This document shows positions 10,013-20,360 of a stretch of DNA of 64,000 nt, in pieces (position 1 is the stretch's first letter; each line of letters begins with the position of its first letter). The DNA comes from a bacterium (lineage in GTDB: Bacteria > RBG-13-61-14 > DATKZS01). The stretch spans positions 608,001 to 672,000 of the forward strand of contig CAXXFL010000007.1 in NCBI GenBank assembly GCA_963674965.2, read 5' to 3'. Position numbers and translations under genes: made by a program. The notes under the pieces were generated by a model. The model was not told the origin of the DNA and did not search any database. It saw nothing but the letters and a program-made list of their open reading frames with translations.

Positions 10013-10879
10013 ATGAGCATGGTAATCATGAACAACGTGGCCTCGATAAACGCCCAAAGGCGAGTCAACGACGCCCATCAGCAGGTTAACAAGACCCTTT
10101 CCAAGCTCAGCTCGGGCCTTCGGGTAGTGACCGCCGGAGACGACGCGGCGGGCCTGGCCATCAGCGAGGATATAAGGGCCGACGTGGCCAGCTCGGAGCA
10201 GTCCACCCGCAACGCCAAGGACGGAATAAGCATGCTCCAGATAGCGGAGGGCGCGCTCAACGAGGTGAACTCGAGACTCATCCGGCTGCGCGAGCTGACC
10301 ATGCAGTCCAATAACGATACCCTCGGGGACGAACAGCGCGACATGATCCAGAGCGAGGTGGACGCCCTGGTGAGCGAGATCGAGCGGATCGGCCAATCGA
10401 CCGATTTCAACGGGGTCCAGCTCATGGGGCACGCCGCGGGCACGATGGTGGACGTCGAGTTCCAGATCGGAAACGGGACCGAGGCCGCCGACAAGTTCCA
10501 GGTGACCATGAAGACGATCATGGACCTTATGGATATGGGGGTCTCCGCGCTGAACGTAGGCGGCTCGAGCGTTCAGGCGGACAGGGAAAACGCGCTCACC
10601 ACCATTGACCGGGCCATCGACTGGACCGTCGATTTCAGGGGAGATTTGGGAGCGGCCATGAACTCCCTCGAGACGGCCATCAGCAACATCGGGATTTCCA
10701 TCGAGAACAACATGGCCGCCGAGTCCCGCATACGGGACGCCGACGTGGCCCGCGAGTCATCGCGCATGATCAAGTACCAGATCATCGAGCAGGCGGGAAC
10801 AGCCACCCTCAGCCAGGCCAACGCCAACCCGCAAATGGCCCTCTCCCTCCTGCAGAGCGCGAGCAATCGGAACAGATAA
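10013..10879 (+). CDS. fliC: Flagellin (288 aa, short variable region)
   Basis: N-terminal [21 protein letters not shown]-terminal [26 protein letters not shown]; sigma28 promoter. Confidence 0.95.
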   Translation: MSMVIMNNVASINAQRRVNDAHQQVNKTLSKLSSGLRVVTAGDDAAGLAISEDIRADVASSEQSTRNAKDGISMLQIAEGALNEVNSRLIRLRELTMQSNNDTLGDEQRDMIQSEVDALVSEIERIGQSTDFNGVQLMGHAAGTMVDVEFQIGNGTEAADKFQVTMKTIMDLMDMGVSALNVGGSSVQADRENALTTIDRAIDWTVDFRGDLGAAMNSLETAISNIGISIENNMAAESRIRDADVARESSRMIKYQIIEQAGTATLSQANANPQMALSLLQSASNRNR

Positions 10880-10906
10880 TTACCGGTCGCAAGATCGTTC
10901 GCATAA

Positions 10907-10937
10907 AAGGGACCTCGCAAGGGGTTCCTTGTCGTTT
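10907..10937 (+). terminator. Intrinsic terminator of flagellin; target hairpin of the group IIC intron
   Basis: AAGGGACCTC-GCAA-GGGGTTCCTT stem-loop followed by GTCGTTT. Confidence 0.75.
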
Positions 10938-12038
10938 GTGCGCCCGGCAGGGCGCACCCACTTGAAGGTGAAAGTCCTTTGCAGGCCCGACAGGGGGAAC
11001 TGCTAACCGGACGGCAAGGGCGTCCGTCGCGAGGCGGAGTCTGAAGGGAGCCGAAGGCAAAACACTGGCCCGACGGACAGAAATCGCATACGAGGCGGGC
11101 ATGTCGGATGAGGAGGCAAATATCTCTAAAGTCCGATACCTGTACGGAAGGCATGCTCGTATAGCCCGCAAGGTAGGCGACAAGCGGGTGCTCAGGCTTA
11201 TCCGTCGTTATCTCCAGGCGGGGATGATGGACACCGGCCTCGTGCATCCGCGCACCGAGGGCACACCGCAGGGCGGCCCCCTGTCTCCGCTCCTTTCCAA
11301 CGTCCTTCTGGACGACCTGGACAAGGAGTTGGAGCGGCGCGGTCACCGCTTCTGCCGTTACGCGGACGACTGCAACATTTATATTCGGACCGAGCGCGGC
11401 GGCGAGCGTGTGACGTCCTCGATCACGGCCTTCCTCGGCAAGCGTCTCATACTGAAGGTCAACGCGGATAAAAGCGCGGTTGGCCGGCCTTGGAACCGCA
11501 AGTTCCTCGGCTACAGCTTGACGAGCGAGAAAGAGCCGCGCCTGAAAGTTGCGCCTGAATCGGTGGAGCGTTTCAGAGGCAAGCTCAAGGTCTTGTTCAG
11601 GCAAGGTCGCGGGCGCAACCTTGGCCGCTTCATTCAAGAGTATCTCGCCCCGGTTCTCCGCGGCTGGATCAATTATTACCGGTTGGCAAGAGTGAAAATC
11701 GTCTTCGATGAACTGGACCAGTGGATCAGACATCGCCTCAGATGCATCCTCTGGCGTCAGTGGAAGCGGAACTGCACCCGCGCTAAGAACCTGATGCAAC
11801 TTGGGTTAAGTGAGGAACGCGCTTGGCGCTCGGCCACCAACGGACGCGGTCCCTGGTGGAACTCCGGAGCGTCACACATGAACCAAGCCTTGCCCAAGAG
11901 GTACTTTGACTCGCTTGGTCTCGTGTCGTTGCTTGGTCAATTCAAGCGATTTTGATGTATCATATGAACCGCCGTATACGGAACCGTACGTACGGTGGCG
12001 TGAGAGGACGGGGGAGGCGACTCCCCCTCCTACTCGAT
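10938..12038 (+). mobile_element. Group IIC intron with a large internal deletion
   Basis: Starts GTGCG just after a terminator. Domain V (GAACCGCCGTATACGGAACCGTACGTACGGTGGCG) and domain VI ending ACTCGAT. Only 1101 nt long. Confidence 0.9.
11101..11955 (+). pseudogene. ltrA: N-terminally truncated group II intron reverse transcriptase/maturase
   Basis: [18 protein letters not shown] and maturase region (LRGWINYY) present. N-terminal RT blocks absent; no endonuclease domain. Confidence 0.85.
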
Positions 12039-12719
12039 TCTTTCTCGTAAGCCGGCGCGCGAGGATGGTGGGGACGCGGAGTCTCCGGCCTGGACGCCCG
12101 TGGGTTGGTCGTCATCGGGCGCGTCTTCCTCTTTCTCCGGGGGCTGGGCCTTGATGAGGTTGGTCAGGTAATCGACCACCGACTGGTCGCCCCAGTCGGC
12201 GGCGCCCATGATTTTATTGTCCACCGTGCCGTCGGGGGCGATGATAAAGGTGGTGGGAGTGGCGTAGACGCCGAAACGCATGGCGGCGGCCCCGTCGGGG
12301 TCCAGCAGGATATCGACGTTAATGTTGTGCCTCGCCGCGGCCTTCTCGACCGAGTCGCGCGGGTCGGGCGTAATGGCCAGAATCTGGAAGGGCTGGCCGG
12401 CCATCTTCCGGTTCAATTCCTCGAACGCGGGCATCTCCAGGATGCAGGGGAAGCATGAGGTGCTCCAGAAATTGATTACCACCGCCTTGCCCCGAAGGTC
12501 GGACATGCTGATTTTGCCGCCGTCAAGGGTCTGCAAGGTGAAATTAGGCGCCGGGGCCTTCGAGCCTGGCCCCGCGGCAGGACCGTCCGGGGCGTACATG
12601 TCCCCTCCCGCATCTGGAAGAGGAGGCGGAGGGGGCTCGGGATTGCCGGACACGGCAAGATATACCAGTGCTCCAAGGCATAAAACAATTACGCCCATTA
12701 AAAAGGCTTGTTTATTCAT
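12030..12719 (-). CDS. TlpA/ResA-family thiol-disulfide oxidoreductase
   Basis: APNFTL..LDG, INFWSTSCFPC..EMP; N-terminal membrane anchor. Confidence 0.9.
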   Translation of the reverse strand: MNKQAFLMGVIVLCLGALVYLAVSGNPEPPPPPLPDAGGDMYAPDGPAAGPGSKAPAPNFTLQTLDGGKISMSDLRGKAVVINFWSTSCFPCILEMPAFEELNRKMAGQPFQILAITPDPRDSVEKAAARHNINVDILLDPDGAAAMRFGVYATPTTFIIAPDGTVDNKIMGAADWGDQSVVDYLTNLIKAQPPEKEEDAPDDDQPTGVQAGDSASPPSSRAGLRERIE

Positions 12720-12740
12720 TCAACTCCTCTGGTCGGAAAA

Positions 12741-13262
12741 TCACTTATCATATTGTAGGATGGAAAAAACGGAATTTGGTTCCAATTTTTCTCTGCCCTT
12801 CAGGAAATCGAGCTCGATCAAAAAGGCCAGTTCCATTACCTCGGCCCCGCATTGCTTGACCAGGTCGATGGCCGCCTTGGCGGTCCCGCCCGTGGCCAGG
12901 AGGTCGTCCACTATCACGACAAGGTCGCCGGGATCGACCGCGTCGCGGTGCATCTGCACCTCGTCCGTGCCGTACTCTAGCTCGTAGGTGGAACTTACCG
13001 TCTTGTAGGGAAGCTTTCCTTTCTTGCGGATGGGCACGAGCCCTACTCCCAGCCGGTATGCAAGGGCCGCGCCGAAGATGAAGCCCCTCGCGTCGATCGC
13101 CACTATGCGAGACGGGTTCCGTCCCTCGTAGCGCTCCGCCAGGATATCGATGACCTTGGTGAAGGCCTCGGGATCGCCCAGAAGAGTGGTGATATCGTAG
13201 AAAAGAATTCCCTCTTTAGGGAAATTGGGGATCGAGCGAACGGTCTTTTTCAGGTCTTCCAT
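12741..13262 (-). CDS. apt: Adenine phosphoribosyltransferase
   Basis: PNFPKEGILFYDIT, YELEYG, VDDLLATGGT; GGAGG before ATG 13262. Confidence 0.95.
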   Translation of the reverse strand: MEDLKKTVRSIPNFPKEGILFYDITTLLGDPEAFTKVIDILAERYEGRNPSRIVAIDARGFIFGAALAYRLGVGLVPIRKKGKLPYKTVSSTYELEYGTDEVQMHRDAVDPGDLVVIVDDLLATGGTAKAAIDLVKQCGAEVMELAFLIELDFLKGREKLEPNSVFSILQYDK

Positions 13263-13362
13263 GATTACCTCCATTGGCAGATTGATTACTGATTTCCGAG
13301 AGCCAATATCATACCCCATTTAACAAGCGTTACAAAACCCCGGCGGCCATTATTTTTATAAA

Positions 13363-13550
13363 TGAGCCTCTTGCAAAATTCCCGCTTTGGAGTGCGGCGG
13401 CTCGACGCCGCTTTTCTTCCGAGCGGCTTGACGCGAGGCAAGCCAGCGTATTAATAGGCCTTGTCAAGCCAAGGCCATCGAAAGCGGTCTCAAGCGACCG
13501 CACTCCAAAGCGGCTATGCCGCAAAGAAAAGGACTTTTGCAAGAGACTCA
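13363..13550. repeat. Nested palindromic REP/MITE-like element
   Basis: Outer IR 13363-13378 / 13535-13550 (15/16). Inner perfect 16-bp IR CCGCTTTGGAGTGCGG at 13382-13397 / 13498-13513. Further internal IRs. Confidence 0.75.
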
Positions 13551-13610
13551 CAAATATTACAAACGGCCCGGACTTGCAATAAGTTCGGGCCGCATCGCTG
13601 AAAGATCGAG

Positions 13611-14564
13611 TTACGGCAGATAAAGCTCGGGGTCCACCGGCTGTTCCCCGTACCTGACCTCGAAATGGAGGTGGGGCGTCGAGGCCTTGCCCGTCTGGCC
13701 CACCTTGGCTATCTTCCGTCCTCGTTTTACCAGTTCGTCCTGCTTGACCAGGTTGGCCTTGTTATGGGCGTAAACCGTGGCCAGGTTGCCCGCGTGCTTG
13801 ATGATGACCACGTTGCCGTAACCCCGAAGTTCTCCCACGTAGACCACCTTGCCGTCGTCGGCCGCCAGGATGGGCGTTCCCTCTTCGGCCAGAATATCCA
13901 CGCCCTCGTGCATCTTCCCGTTCCGGGGTCCGAAGCGTGAAGACATCTGGCCGCCAGGAATGGGATAAAGCAGGGTCCCCTTCGTCTTGGAAGGATCGAT
14001 GTTCGGTACGACCGTGGGGGTTGGAGAATAATCGCTTTTGCTCTGACTGGCCGTGGTGGCCTGCACCGCCATGACCTCGGCCGCTCCGGGTATCCAGATT
14101 CTTTGCCCGACCTCGATGGCGGTCGGATCGTCCAGGTCGTTGGCCCGGACCACCTTGGCCAGGTCCGCCCCGTAGGTCTGGCAGATGCGCCATAGGGTCT
14201 CGCCCTTCTTGACGGTGTGGTAAACGCCATCGCCCGACTTCTCCCGAACGGGCCGATAGGTCACCGCGTCCTCATCCTTGTCCCGCCGGGGGGAGCGCCT
14301 GGTCCTTGTCTCCGAGTCGCCTCCCCGGTCGGGGCGCTCTCGGTTCAGATAGTCCCTGGCCTTTTCCCCGCGCAGTTTCGAGCGACACAGAAGACCGCAA
14401 TCGTTTCCCGGGTCCTGGGTCGAGATATCGGATTCAGTGACTCTGGACGAGTCGGTCGCGGCTAAAGTCTGATTCCTTGGCGCCCGCTTGACGCACGCCA
14501 TAGGCATGAGGGCAAGGCAGATGACAAAGATAAAAGATTTCCGCTTATAACAACTTTCGAGCAT
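13611..14564 (-). CDS. nlpD: LysM + M23 peptidase lipoprotein (NlpD-like)
   Basis: LysM (HTVKKGETLWRI), M23 HEGVD and PHLHFE; position downstream of surE-pcm. Confidence 0.85.
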   Translation of the reverse strand: MLESCYKRKSFIFVICLALMPMACVKRAPRNQTLAATDSSRVTESDISTQDPGNDCGLLCRSKLRGEKARDYLNRERPDRGGDSETRTRRSPRRDKDEDAVTYRPVREKSGDGVYHTVKKGETLWRICQTYGADLAKVVRANDLDDPTAIEVGQRIWIPGAAEVMAVQATTASQSKSDYSPTPTVVPNIDPSKTKGTLLYPIPGGQMSSRFGPRNGKMHEGVDILAEEGTPILAADDGKVVYVGELRGYGNVVIIKHAGNLATVYAHNKANLVKQDELVKRGRKIAKVGQTGKASTPHLHFEVRYGEQPVDPELYLP

Positions 14565-14651
14565 GTCGCGTCTCCCATAAAGAACAAGCTTTCATCTTCA
14601 AAATATTATTTTACACCCTGAAAGACGAAATGTCCACGATAAAATCACGCC

Positions 14652-15128
14652 TTAGGTGTTTTTTCTCGAAATCAGTGAAAGGGCGGTCCTCACGGCCTCG
14701 GCCGGATTGGCCGCCGATATCACGTCGTCGCTTATCTGCCAGCTTCCAAGGGACACCACGGGCTTGCCTATTTTCAGGGCCAGGGCCACCTCGGAAAGGG
14801 TGCCGTATGCCCCGCCCACGGCTATGACCGCGTCGGCCGTTTTCACGATGACGGCGTTCCTGGCCTGGGACATGTCGGTGGCCACGGCGGCCACGATCCA
14901 GGGGTTGGCCGCGTTATGGTCGGGTCCGGGCAGGACGCCGATGGTCAGGCCGCCCGCCTCCTTTGCCCCCTTGGCCGCGGCTTCCATAACTCCTCCCAGC
15001 CCCCCGCAGATGAGGGCCGCCCCCGACTCGGCGATGGCCCGGCCCACGGCCTCGGCTTTCTTGGAAAGCGCCTCGTCGCAGGACCCGGCCCCGCACACGG
15101 CAACGGTCGTTCGTTTTAAGGAAGTCAT
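14652..15128 (-). CDS. LOG-family (TIGR00725-like) protein
   Basis: GGLGGVMEAA, ARN, GGAYGTLSE. Confidence 0.85.
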   Translation of the reverse strand: MTSLKRTTVAVCGAGSCDEALSKKAEAVGRAIAESGAALICGGLGGVMEAAAKGAKEAGGLTIGVLPGPDHNAANPWIVAAVATDMSQARNAVIVKTADAVIAVGGAYGTLSEVALALKIGKPVVSLGSWQISDDVISAANPAEAVRTALSLISRKNT

Positions 15129-15150
15129 GACTCCCCCTTTTCTCGTCTTT

Positions 15151-16401
15151 CTATTCCAGTTTCTTTTTCGTCTTTTGCTCGCCTATCTTGATAAGGGTTC
15201 CACCCACCATGCGGTAATGGTACTCGAAAACGTCCGCCGTAACCTCGCCCCCCTTGGCGCTGGGGTTGTGAGTTTCCTCGATCTTGACGATGATTTCCTT
15301 GATCCCGTCTCCCGTCCGGTCCTCGGTATCGATGGAAAGGGACGCGTTATCATAAGCGCCGGTTTTGTCCAGCCGGTACTGTTTGAAACCGAGTATATTG
15401 AGGAACTTCAACTTTCCGCCTTCGATAGCGTGGAAGAAGATGGTCCCGTCGGTCCCGATCTCCGGTTCGGGCACGTCGCCGTAAATGGAGGACGCTACTA
15501 CGGTTGTTTTATCGTCAAGGATTAAACCCCATACCTCCGCTTTCCCAAGTGACGGAGAAGCAAGAGGCTTTTCGGAAAGCGAGGCCGACGAGGTCGAGCC
15601 GTCAAGGGCGATTGAAATTCTATAGTCGAAGGCGTCTTTAACTTCTTCAGACTTGGCGGACATAAGGCGGACTTCCATTTTTCCTCCGCCTCCGGCCAGT
15701 TCGACTTCCTTTTTCACGTCAACCTGGTCGCCGGGCAGTACCAGCTTGACCACCAGAAAACCCAGAACGCCGAGGACGGCCATTAAAATCATGAACCATT
15801 CGATATATTTGTCCATGAACTCCCGGGTTGACATGTTAAGGTATTTTTTAGTGTACTTGTCCCCGTACTTGATCACAACGGCCTCGGCCATGAAGCGAAG
15901 GCCCCGGCTGAATATCGAGCCCGCCACGAACACTGGGAAGTTCACCGCCGCCACTCCCGCCGATATGGTGAAGACCTTGTAAGGAAGGGGCGTCATGCCG
16001 GCGACCATAATGATGGCGAAGTTGTATTCCTCGAACCATTGCCGGAAAATCACGTACTTGTCCATGAACCCGTAGAACTCGATGATGGGTATTCCTATCG
16101 AGTCGAACAGGGCCCAGCCGATGAGGTACCCGAGCATTCCTCCCAGCACGGAGGTAACGAAGGTGATGAACCCGAACCTGATGGCCCTGTCCGGCCGGGA
16201 CGCGCACATGGGTATGAGGAGCACGTCCGGGGGGATGGGAAAAAAGGACGACTCGGCGAAGGACAGGACGCCGAGCATGGGCGCGGCGTAGGGCGTGTCG
16301 GCCCAATGCATGACCCACTCGTAGAGCCGCCTGAACCACCGAACGAGAAAGAAGCCTTTTTTGTCTTGTGACGTTTCCGCGTTTTCAGTCTTGCCAGCCA
16401 T
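15151..16401 (-). CDS. YqaA/DedA-family membrane protein with C-terminal soluble extension
   Basis: [18 protein letters not shown] and [10 protein letters not shown]; about 190 extra residues after the last TM helix. Confidence 0.85.
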   Translation of the reverse strand: MAGKTENAETSQDKKGFFLVRWFRRLYEWVMHWADTPYAAPMLGVLSFAESSFFPIPPDVLLIPMCASRPDRAIRFGFITFVTSVLGGMLGYLIGWALFDSIGIPIIEFYGFMDKYVIFRQWFEEYNFAIIMVAGMTPLPYKVFTISAGVAAVNFPVFVAGSIFSRGLRFMAEAVVIKYGDKYTKKYLNMSTREFMDKYIEWFMILMAVLGVLGFLVVKLVLPGDQVDVKKEVELAGGGGKMEVRLMSAKSEEVKDAFDYRISIALDGSTSSASLSEKPLASPSLGKAEVWGLILDDKTTVVASSIYGDVPEPEIGTDGTIFFHAIEGGKLKFLNILGFKQYRLDKTGAYDNASLSIDTEDRTGDGIKEIIVKIEETHNPSAKGGEVTADVFEYHYRMVGGTLIKIGEQKTKKKLE

Positions 16402-17035
16402 GCGCGCCTTTCAATTCCACGAAGCGGTAGGGCCCGATGTTTTTGGTCTCGAGCTTTCCGCCTTTTTTGACTCCCACGATCATGTTTTGAGAGTTCTGGT
16501 CCCCGACGGGGATGACGATCCTGGCCCCTTCCTTGAGCTGGTCCACCAGGGGGCCGGGTATTGATGGTCCTCCCGCCGTTACTATGACGCCGTCAAAGGG
16601 AGAGTGTTCCCGCCACCCGAGGGTGCCGTCTCCCACCTTGATGGCCACGTTATGATACTTAAGCTCGTCAAGTATCCTCCTGGCCCCGGAGGCCAGGTCC
16701 CTTATCCGCTCGACCGAGTAGACCCACTCGCAAAGCTCGGCCAGGATCGCCGCCTGATAGCCCGAACCCGTGCCCACCTCGAGCACTATCTCGTGGCCCT
16801 CCAGGCCCAGGGCCTCGGTCATCCGGGCCACCGTGTAGGGCTGGCTGATGGTCTGGCCCTCCCCTATCGGCAGCGGCGTGTCGTCGTAAGCCTGGTGCCG
16901 AGCGTGCTCGGGCATGAACAGATGACGCGGGACCTTGCGGAAGGCCTCGAGCACGCGGGGGTCCTTGACTCCCCTCCGCTCGATCTGGGAGCGGACCATC
17001 TTTTCCCTCCGGCCCGACCGGCCGCCTACTTCCAT
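16385..17035 (-). CDS. pcm: Protein-L-isoaspartate O-methyltransferase
   Basis: [21 protein letters not shown]. Confidence 0.95.
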   Translation of the reverse strand: MEVGGRSGRREKMVRSQIERRGVKDPRVLEAFRKVPRHLFMPEHARHQAYDDTPLPIGEGQTISQPYTVARMTEALGLEGHEIVLEVGTGSGYQAAILAELCEWVYSVERIRDLASGARRILDELKYHNVAIKVGDGTLGWREHSPFDGVIVTAGGPSIPGPLVDQLKEGARIVIPVGDQNSQNMIVGVKKGGKLETKNIGPYRFVELKGAHGWQD

Positions 17036-17802
17036 GGAGCGCCCTGGCCGTTGAAGTTAATCCTGTCCCGAAGCCAGTCCATGGCGCAGTCGTGGGTCTG
17101 GTCCAGGGTCATGGGGGTTACCGAGATGAACCCGCGCCCCACGGCCACGATATCGGACTCGGGTATGTTCTCGCCTCCCACCGCCGCTCCGGTAAAGACG
17201 TAGTAAACCTTGCCGTCCTCACCCACCGTCTCCGCGATGGAACCCTCGTAGTTGCGCTTGCCCATCGTGGTTACCTTGACCCCCTTTATACCGTCGGCGG
17301 GAAGATCGGGCAGGTTGACGTTGAGGAAAGAGCGGGGCGGCATGACGTGCCTTGAAAGGGCCTTGGCCAGATTGACGGCGAACCGGGCCGCCGGGCCGAA
17401 GTCGGGGGCGTCGCTGAAGGTCTCGAGAGATATGGCGAAGGCGGGAATATCTAAAAGCGCCGCCTCCCTGGCCGCTCCCGCCGTGCCCGAGTAATGCACG
17501 TCGCAGGCCAGGTTGGCCCCCTTGTTAATGCCCGAGACAATGAGGTCGGGAAGGCCGTCCTTGACCAGGTGCTTGATCGCCAAGTGGACCGTGTCCACCG
17601 GCGTTCCCGAGACAGCCCACCTCTTGTCGCCCCGAGGCTCGACGGTAAGGGCGCTTTTAAAGGAGATGGAATGACTCGAGCCGCTGCGCTCCGAGTCGGG
17701 GGCCGCCACCATTACCTCGGCGTCCGTCTCGGAAAAAGCGGCCTCCAAAGCCGCTATGCCGGGGGCGTCGATGCCGTCGTCGTTGGTAAGAAGTATTCTC
17801 AA
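17026..17802 (-). CDS. surE: 5'/3'-nucleotidase SurE
   Basis: [25 protein letters not shown]. Confidence 0.95.
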   Translation of the reverse strand: MRILLTNDDGIDAPGIAALEAAFSETDAEVMVAAPDSERSGSSHSISFKSALTVEPRGDKRWAVSGTPVDTVHLAIKHLVKDGLPDLIVSGINKGANLACDVHYSGTAGAAREAALLDIPAFAISLETFSDAPDFGPAARFAVNLAKALSRHVMPPRSFLNVNLPDLPADGIKGVKVTTMGKRNYEGSIAETVGEDGKVYYVFTGAAVGGENIPESDIVAVGRGFISVTPMTLDQTHDCAMDWLRDRINFNGQGAPWK

Positions 17803-17994
17803 TTCTCTCTCTCTTCATCCATCGCAAAATATCTATATTATCGCCCCTGTCTCCGGCCAGTCAAGGAAGGCCGCCGCGGGCCGCGGCCTTTAAAACGGGG
17901 CCCGGCCGGTTTTTTAAATACCGCCGCCCTGGGGGACGGATTAATACGCCGCCCGGCGGGCCAACTCTTACGCTCTGAAAGAGAAAAAAATGAA

Positions 17995-18741
17995 ATCTGG
18001 GGACAGCATACTTAATTGTTGACATACATCTTCCTCTGTTGCAAAATTTTACCATGGTCAGGATGGCGAGAGCCGTTGTTCCTCACGCGCCCCACCAGGT
18101 TACCCAGCGGGGCAACAGGAGACAGCAAACGTTTTTCACGGGCGAAGACTACGAGGCGTACGTCTCCCTCATTTCCGAGTGGGCCCGAAAGCGCGGCGTC
18201 GAGGTTTGGGCCTATTGCCTGATGCCCAACCACGTCCACCTCATAGCCGTGCCCGAAACCGAGGACGGCCTGCGACTGGCCATCGGGGAGGCCCATCGGC
18301 GCTACACCCGCATGATTAACTTTCGCGAGGGATGGCGCGGACACCTCTGGCAGGGCCGTTTTGCCTCCTATGTCATGGATGAAATACACCTTATGGCCTG
18401 CGCCCGCTACGTCGAGATGAACCCCGTCCGAGCCGGTCTCGTCGATTCTCCCCAGGCCTGGCGCTTCTCGAGCGCCTCGGCCCATCTCATGGGCAAGGAC
18501 GACGAATTAGTCAAAGTATCCGGCTTGTTAGACAAGGTACCACATAAATGGGAGGACTTTTTGAATCTGCCCGTAATTGGCTCCGAGGTATCGCGAATAA
18601 AAACGCACGAGCGCACCGGGCGCCCCCTCGGGGAAAAGGACTTCGTCGCGGGACTCGAGACCGCCCTCGGCCGCCGCCTCTCCCCCCAAAAGCCGGGCCC
18701 AAAACCCGAAAAGAAGTGAGTTAAGTATGGTGTCCCCAGAT
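17995..18741 (+). mobile_element. RAYT locus bounded by 23-bp inverted repeats
   Basis: ATCTGGGGACAGCATACTTAATT (17995-18017) versus 18719-18741 reverse complement, 21/23. Confidence 0.75.
18054..18719 (+). CDS. REP-associated tyrosine (Y1/HUH) transposase
   Basis: VTQRGNRRQ, YCLMPNHVH (HUH), WQGRF, YVEMNPVRAG. Confidence 0.9.
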   Translation: MVRMARAVVPHAPHQVTQRGNRRQQTFFTGEDYEAYVSLISEWARKRGVEVWAYCLMPNHVHLIAVPETEDGLRLAIGEAHRRYTRMINFREGWRGHLWQGRFASYVMDEIHLMACARYVEMNPVRAGLVDSPQAWRFSSASAHLMGKDDELVKVSGLLDKVPHKWEDFLNLPVIGSEVSRIKTHERTGRPLGEKDFVAGLETALGRRLSPQKPGPKPEKK

Positions 18742-18842
18742 CTCCCCAGATCTCAAATATGGGGGCGGTAGAAACTCGTGGGAAAATATTCTAACAGACA
18801 CCATTTTCCCGAAAAATTAATTATCGTAATAGGAGGAAAATA

Positions 18843-19961
18843 ATGTTTATCAAAAATATATTAATATATTTTATTCTATTGGTCATTTCATTTATATTTC
18901 CATATTATGCGCACGCCGCCACTTATTACGTTCTCCTTGGAAGAGATAGTCCTTATCCGCATAATGTCCACGCTGACGGAAGCGCGACAGCCATATATAA
19001 AATAGACTCAAATTTCGACGTAGATCTCATTAGTATTAATGATTACTCTAATTATTATATAGACTTGATAGATTTTGACAAACAGGATTATATTATTAAT
19101 AATATTGGTAATAAATTTGTAAATTGCCGTTCATATATAATAAATGATGCCGATAAAAATTACATTGAAAACTTCATTAAATCAGCTGATAATATTTTTA
19201 AAAATAATTCCGGCCTAAAATATGCAAATAACGACGATGATTTCTGGTGGGATATAAAAACCATAATTAAAGTTGACAATAATAAAGTGATGGCTTTTGA
19301 GTATTGGAAAGCACGTTATTCCATCGAGGCAAACATTAAACTGAATAAGGAAGATGTTCAAATGCTGGAATCTATAAATGAAGCGATTTTCCAGCTACGT
19401 GAGAATATTTACTTTTCCGATACATCCAAGAGCAAATTGGGAGATCCCGAAGATCAAGTGATAACTGAATTAACGACGTTGTTTAGAAATGTCATCGATA
19501 TGTATGAAGATGAATATATTATTGATAGGCAATTTACGGACGTCGCGTGCTTTTATGCAATGTTGATGCTAACTCAGCAAAAAATATTGCCTGATGTATT
19601 CCTTAATCCATCATTGAGAAACTGCCTAGGGAATATTGTAAGTTATTCATTTTCAAGAGACAGAGAATATATTCTATATTTTTATTTTGATGATAAACCC
19701 GGCATGTATTTACAGGCCGTAGGAAAAGCCGGCTATGGATTTATAAATTCATGCGGGCATGATATGAATGATGCATGTAGAGATCATCTACGGTCCATTA
19801 AACTTATGTACCTTTATGGAACCCATGATAAAATTATTGAATTAGATAGACTTATATCTCCTGATATCTATTATAATGATACTGGGGAACTTGCCGCTGA
19901 GCTCAACTCATTTAAAAAGAAGATCAATAAAGAGAAATATGGAATAACGTTTGATGAATAG
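18843..19961 (+). CDS. AT-rich hypothetical exported protein
   Basis: 372-aa ORF, AGGAGG RBS, signal peptide ending AHA; markedly AT-rich. Confidence 0.7.
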   Translation: MFIKNILIYFILLVISFIFPYYAHAATYYVLLGRDSPYPHNVHADGSATAIYKIDSNFDVDLISINDYSNYYIDLIDFDKQDYIINNIGNKFVNCRSYIINDADKNYIENFIKSADNIFKNNSGLKYANNDDDFWWDIKTIIKVDNNKVMAFEYWKARYSIEANIKLNKEDVQMLESINEAIFQLRENIYFSDTSKSKLGDPEDQVITELTTLFRNVIDMYEDEYIIDRQFTDVACFYAMLMLTQQKILPDVFLNPSLRNCLGNIVSYSFSRDREYILYFYFDDKPGMYLQAVGKAGYGFINSCGHDMNDACRDHLRSIKLMYLYGTHDKIIELDRLISPDIYYNDTGELAAELNSFKKKINKEKYGITFDE

Positions 19962-20360
19962 TAGGACTTCTAATTATTTTCTTAAAAGCCCTTTTATTAA
20001 CGGCAACCACATACACCTTATCAACTCCAGCATTGAGACACTTCTCGATGTTCTGATGGATTTGTTTCTTCGAGTTCTTGCCTGTCTCGATTTCAAAGGC
20101 GATCTTCTTACCGTTAAGATAGGCAACCAGGTCAATGGATTTGTCCTTTGTTTTCATTCTAAACAGCCACCTCCTCTTTTACTTTGGCTCCCTGCTTAAT
20201 CAAGTCCTTCTTGATCTTATCCTTCCAGTATTCGTGCTCGGCTCCTGCGTTTATCTTACGTTCAGGAACATTCCATCCTTTTTCTCGAAGATAACTCCTT
20301 CCTTTTTCAGTTAAAGAGAGAATCTTCTTTCTAACGATCCCTTCTGAAATTTGATCTTCT
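19924..20360 (-). pseudogene. Fragment of a wHTH + PD-(D/E)XK-like domain, frameshifted
   Basis: LTEKGR..HEYW.. ends at a stop (20159-20161); IDLV..AFEIETG continues in another frame; no clear start. Confidence 0.5.

Noticed and set aside
11101-11955. RT as part of a DGR, retron or defence RT system
   Set aside because: It sits inside group II intron ends with domains V/VI. I saw no TR/VR pair with adenine-specific mismatches and no msr-msd.
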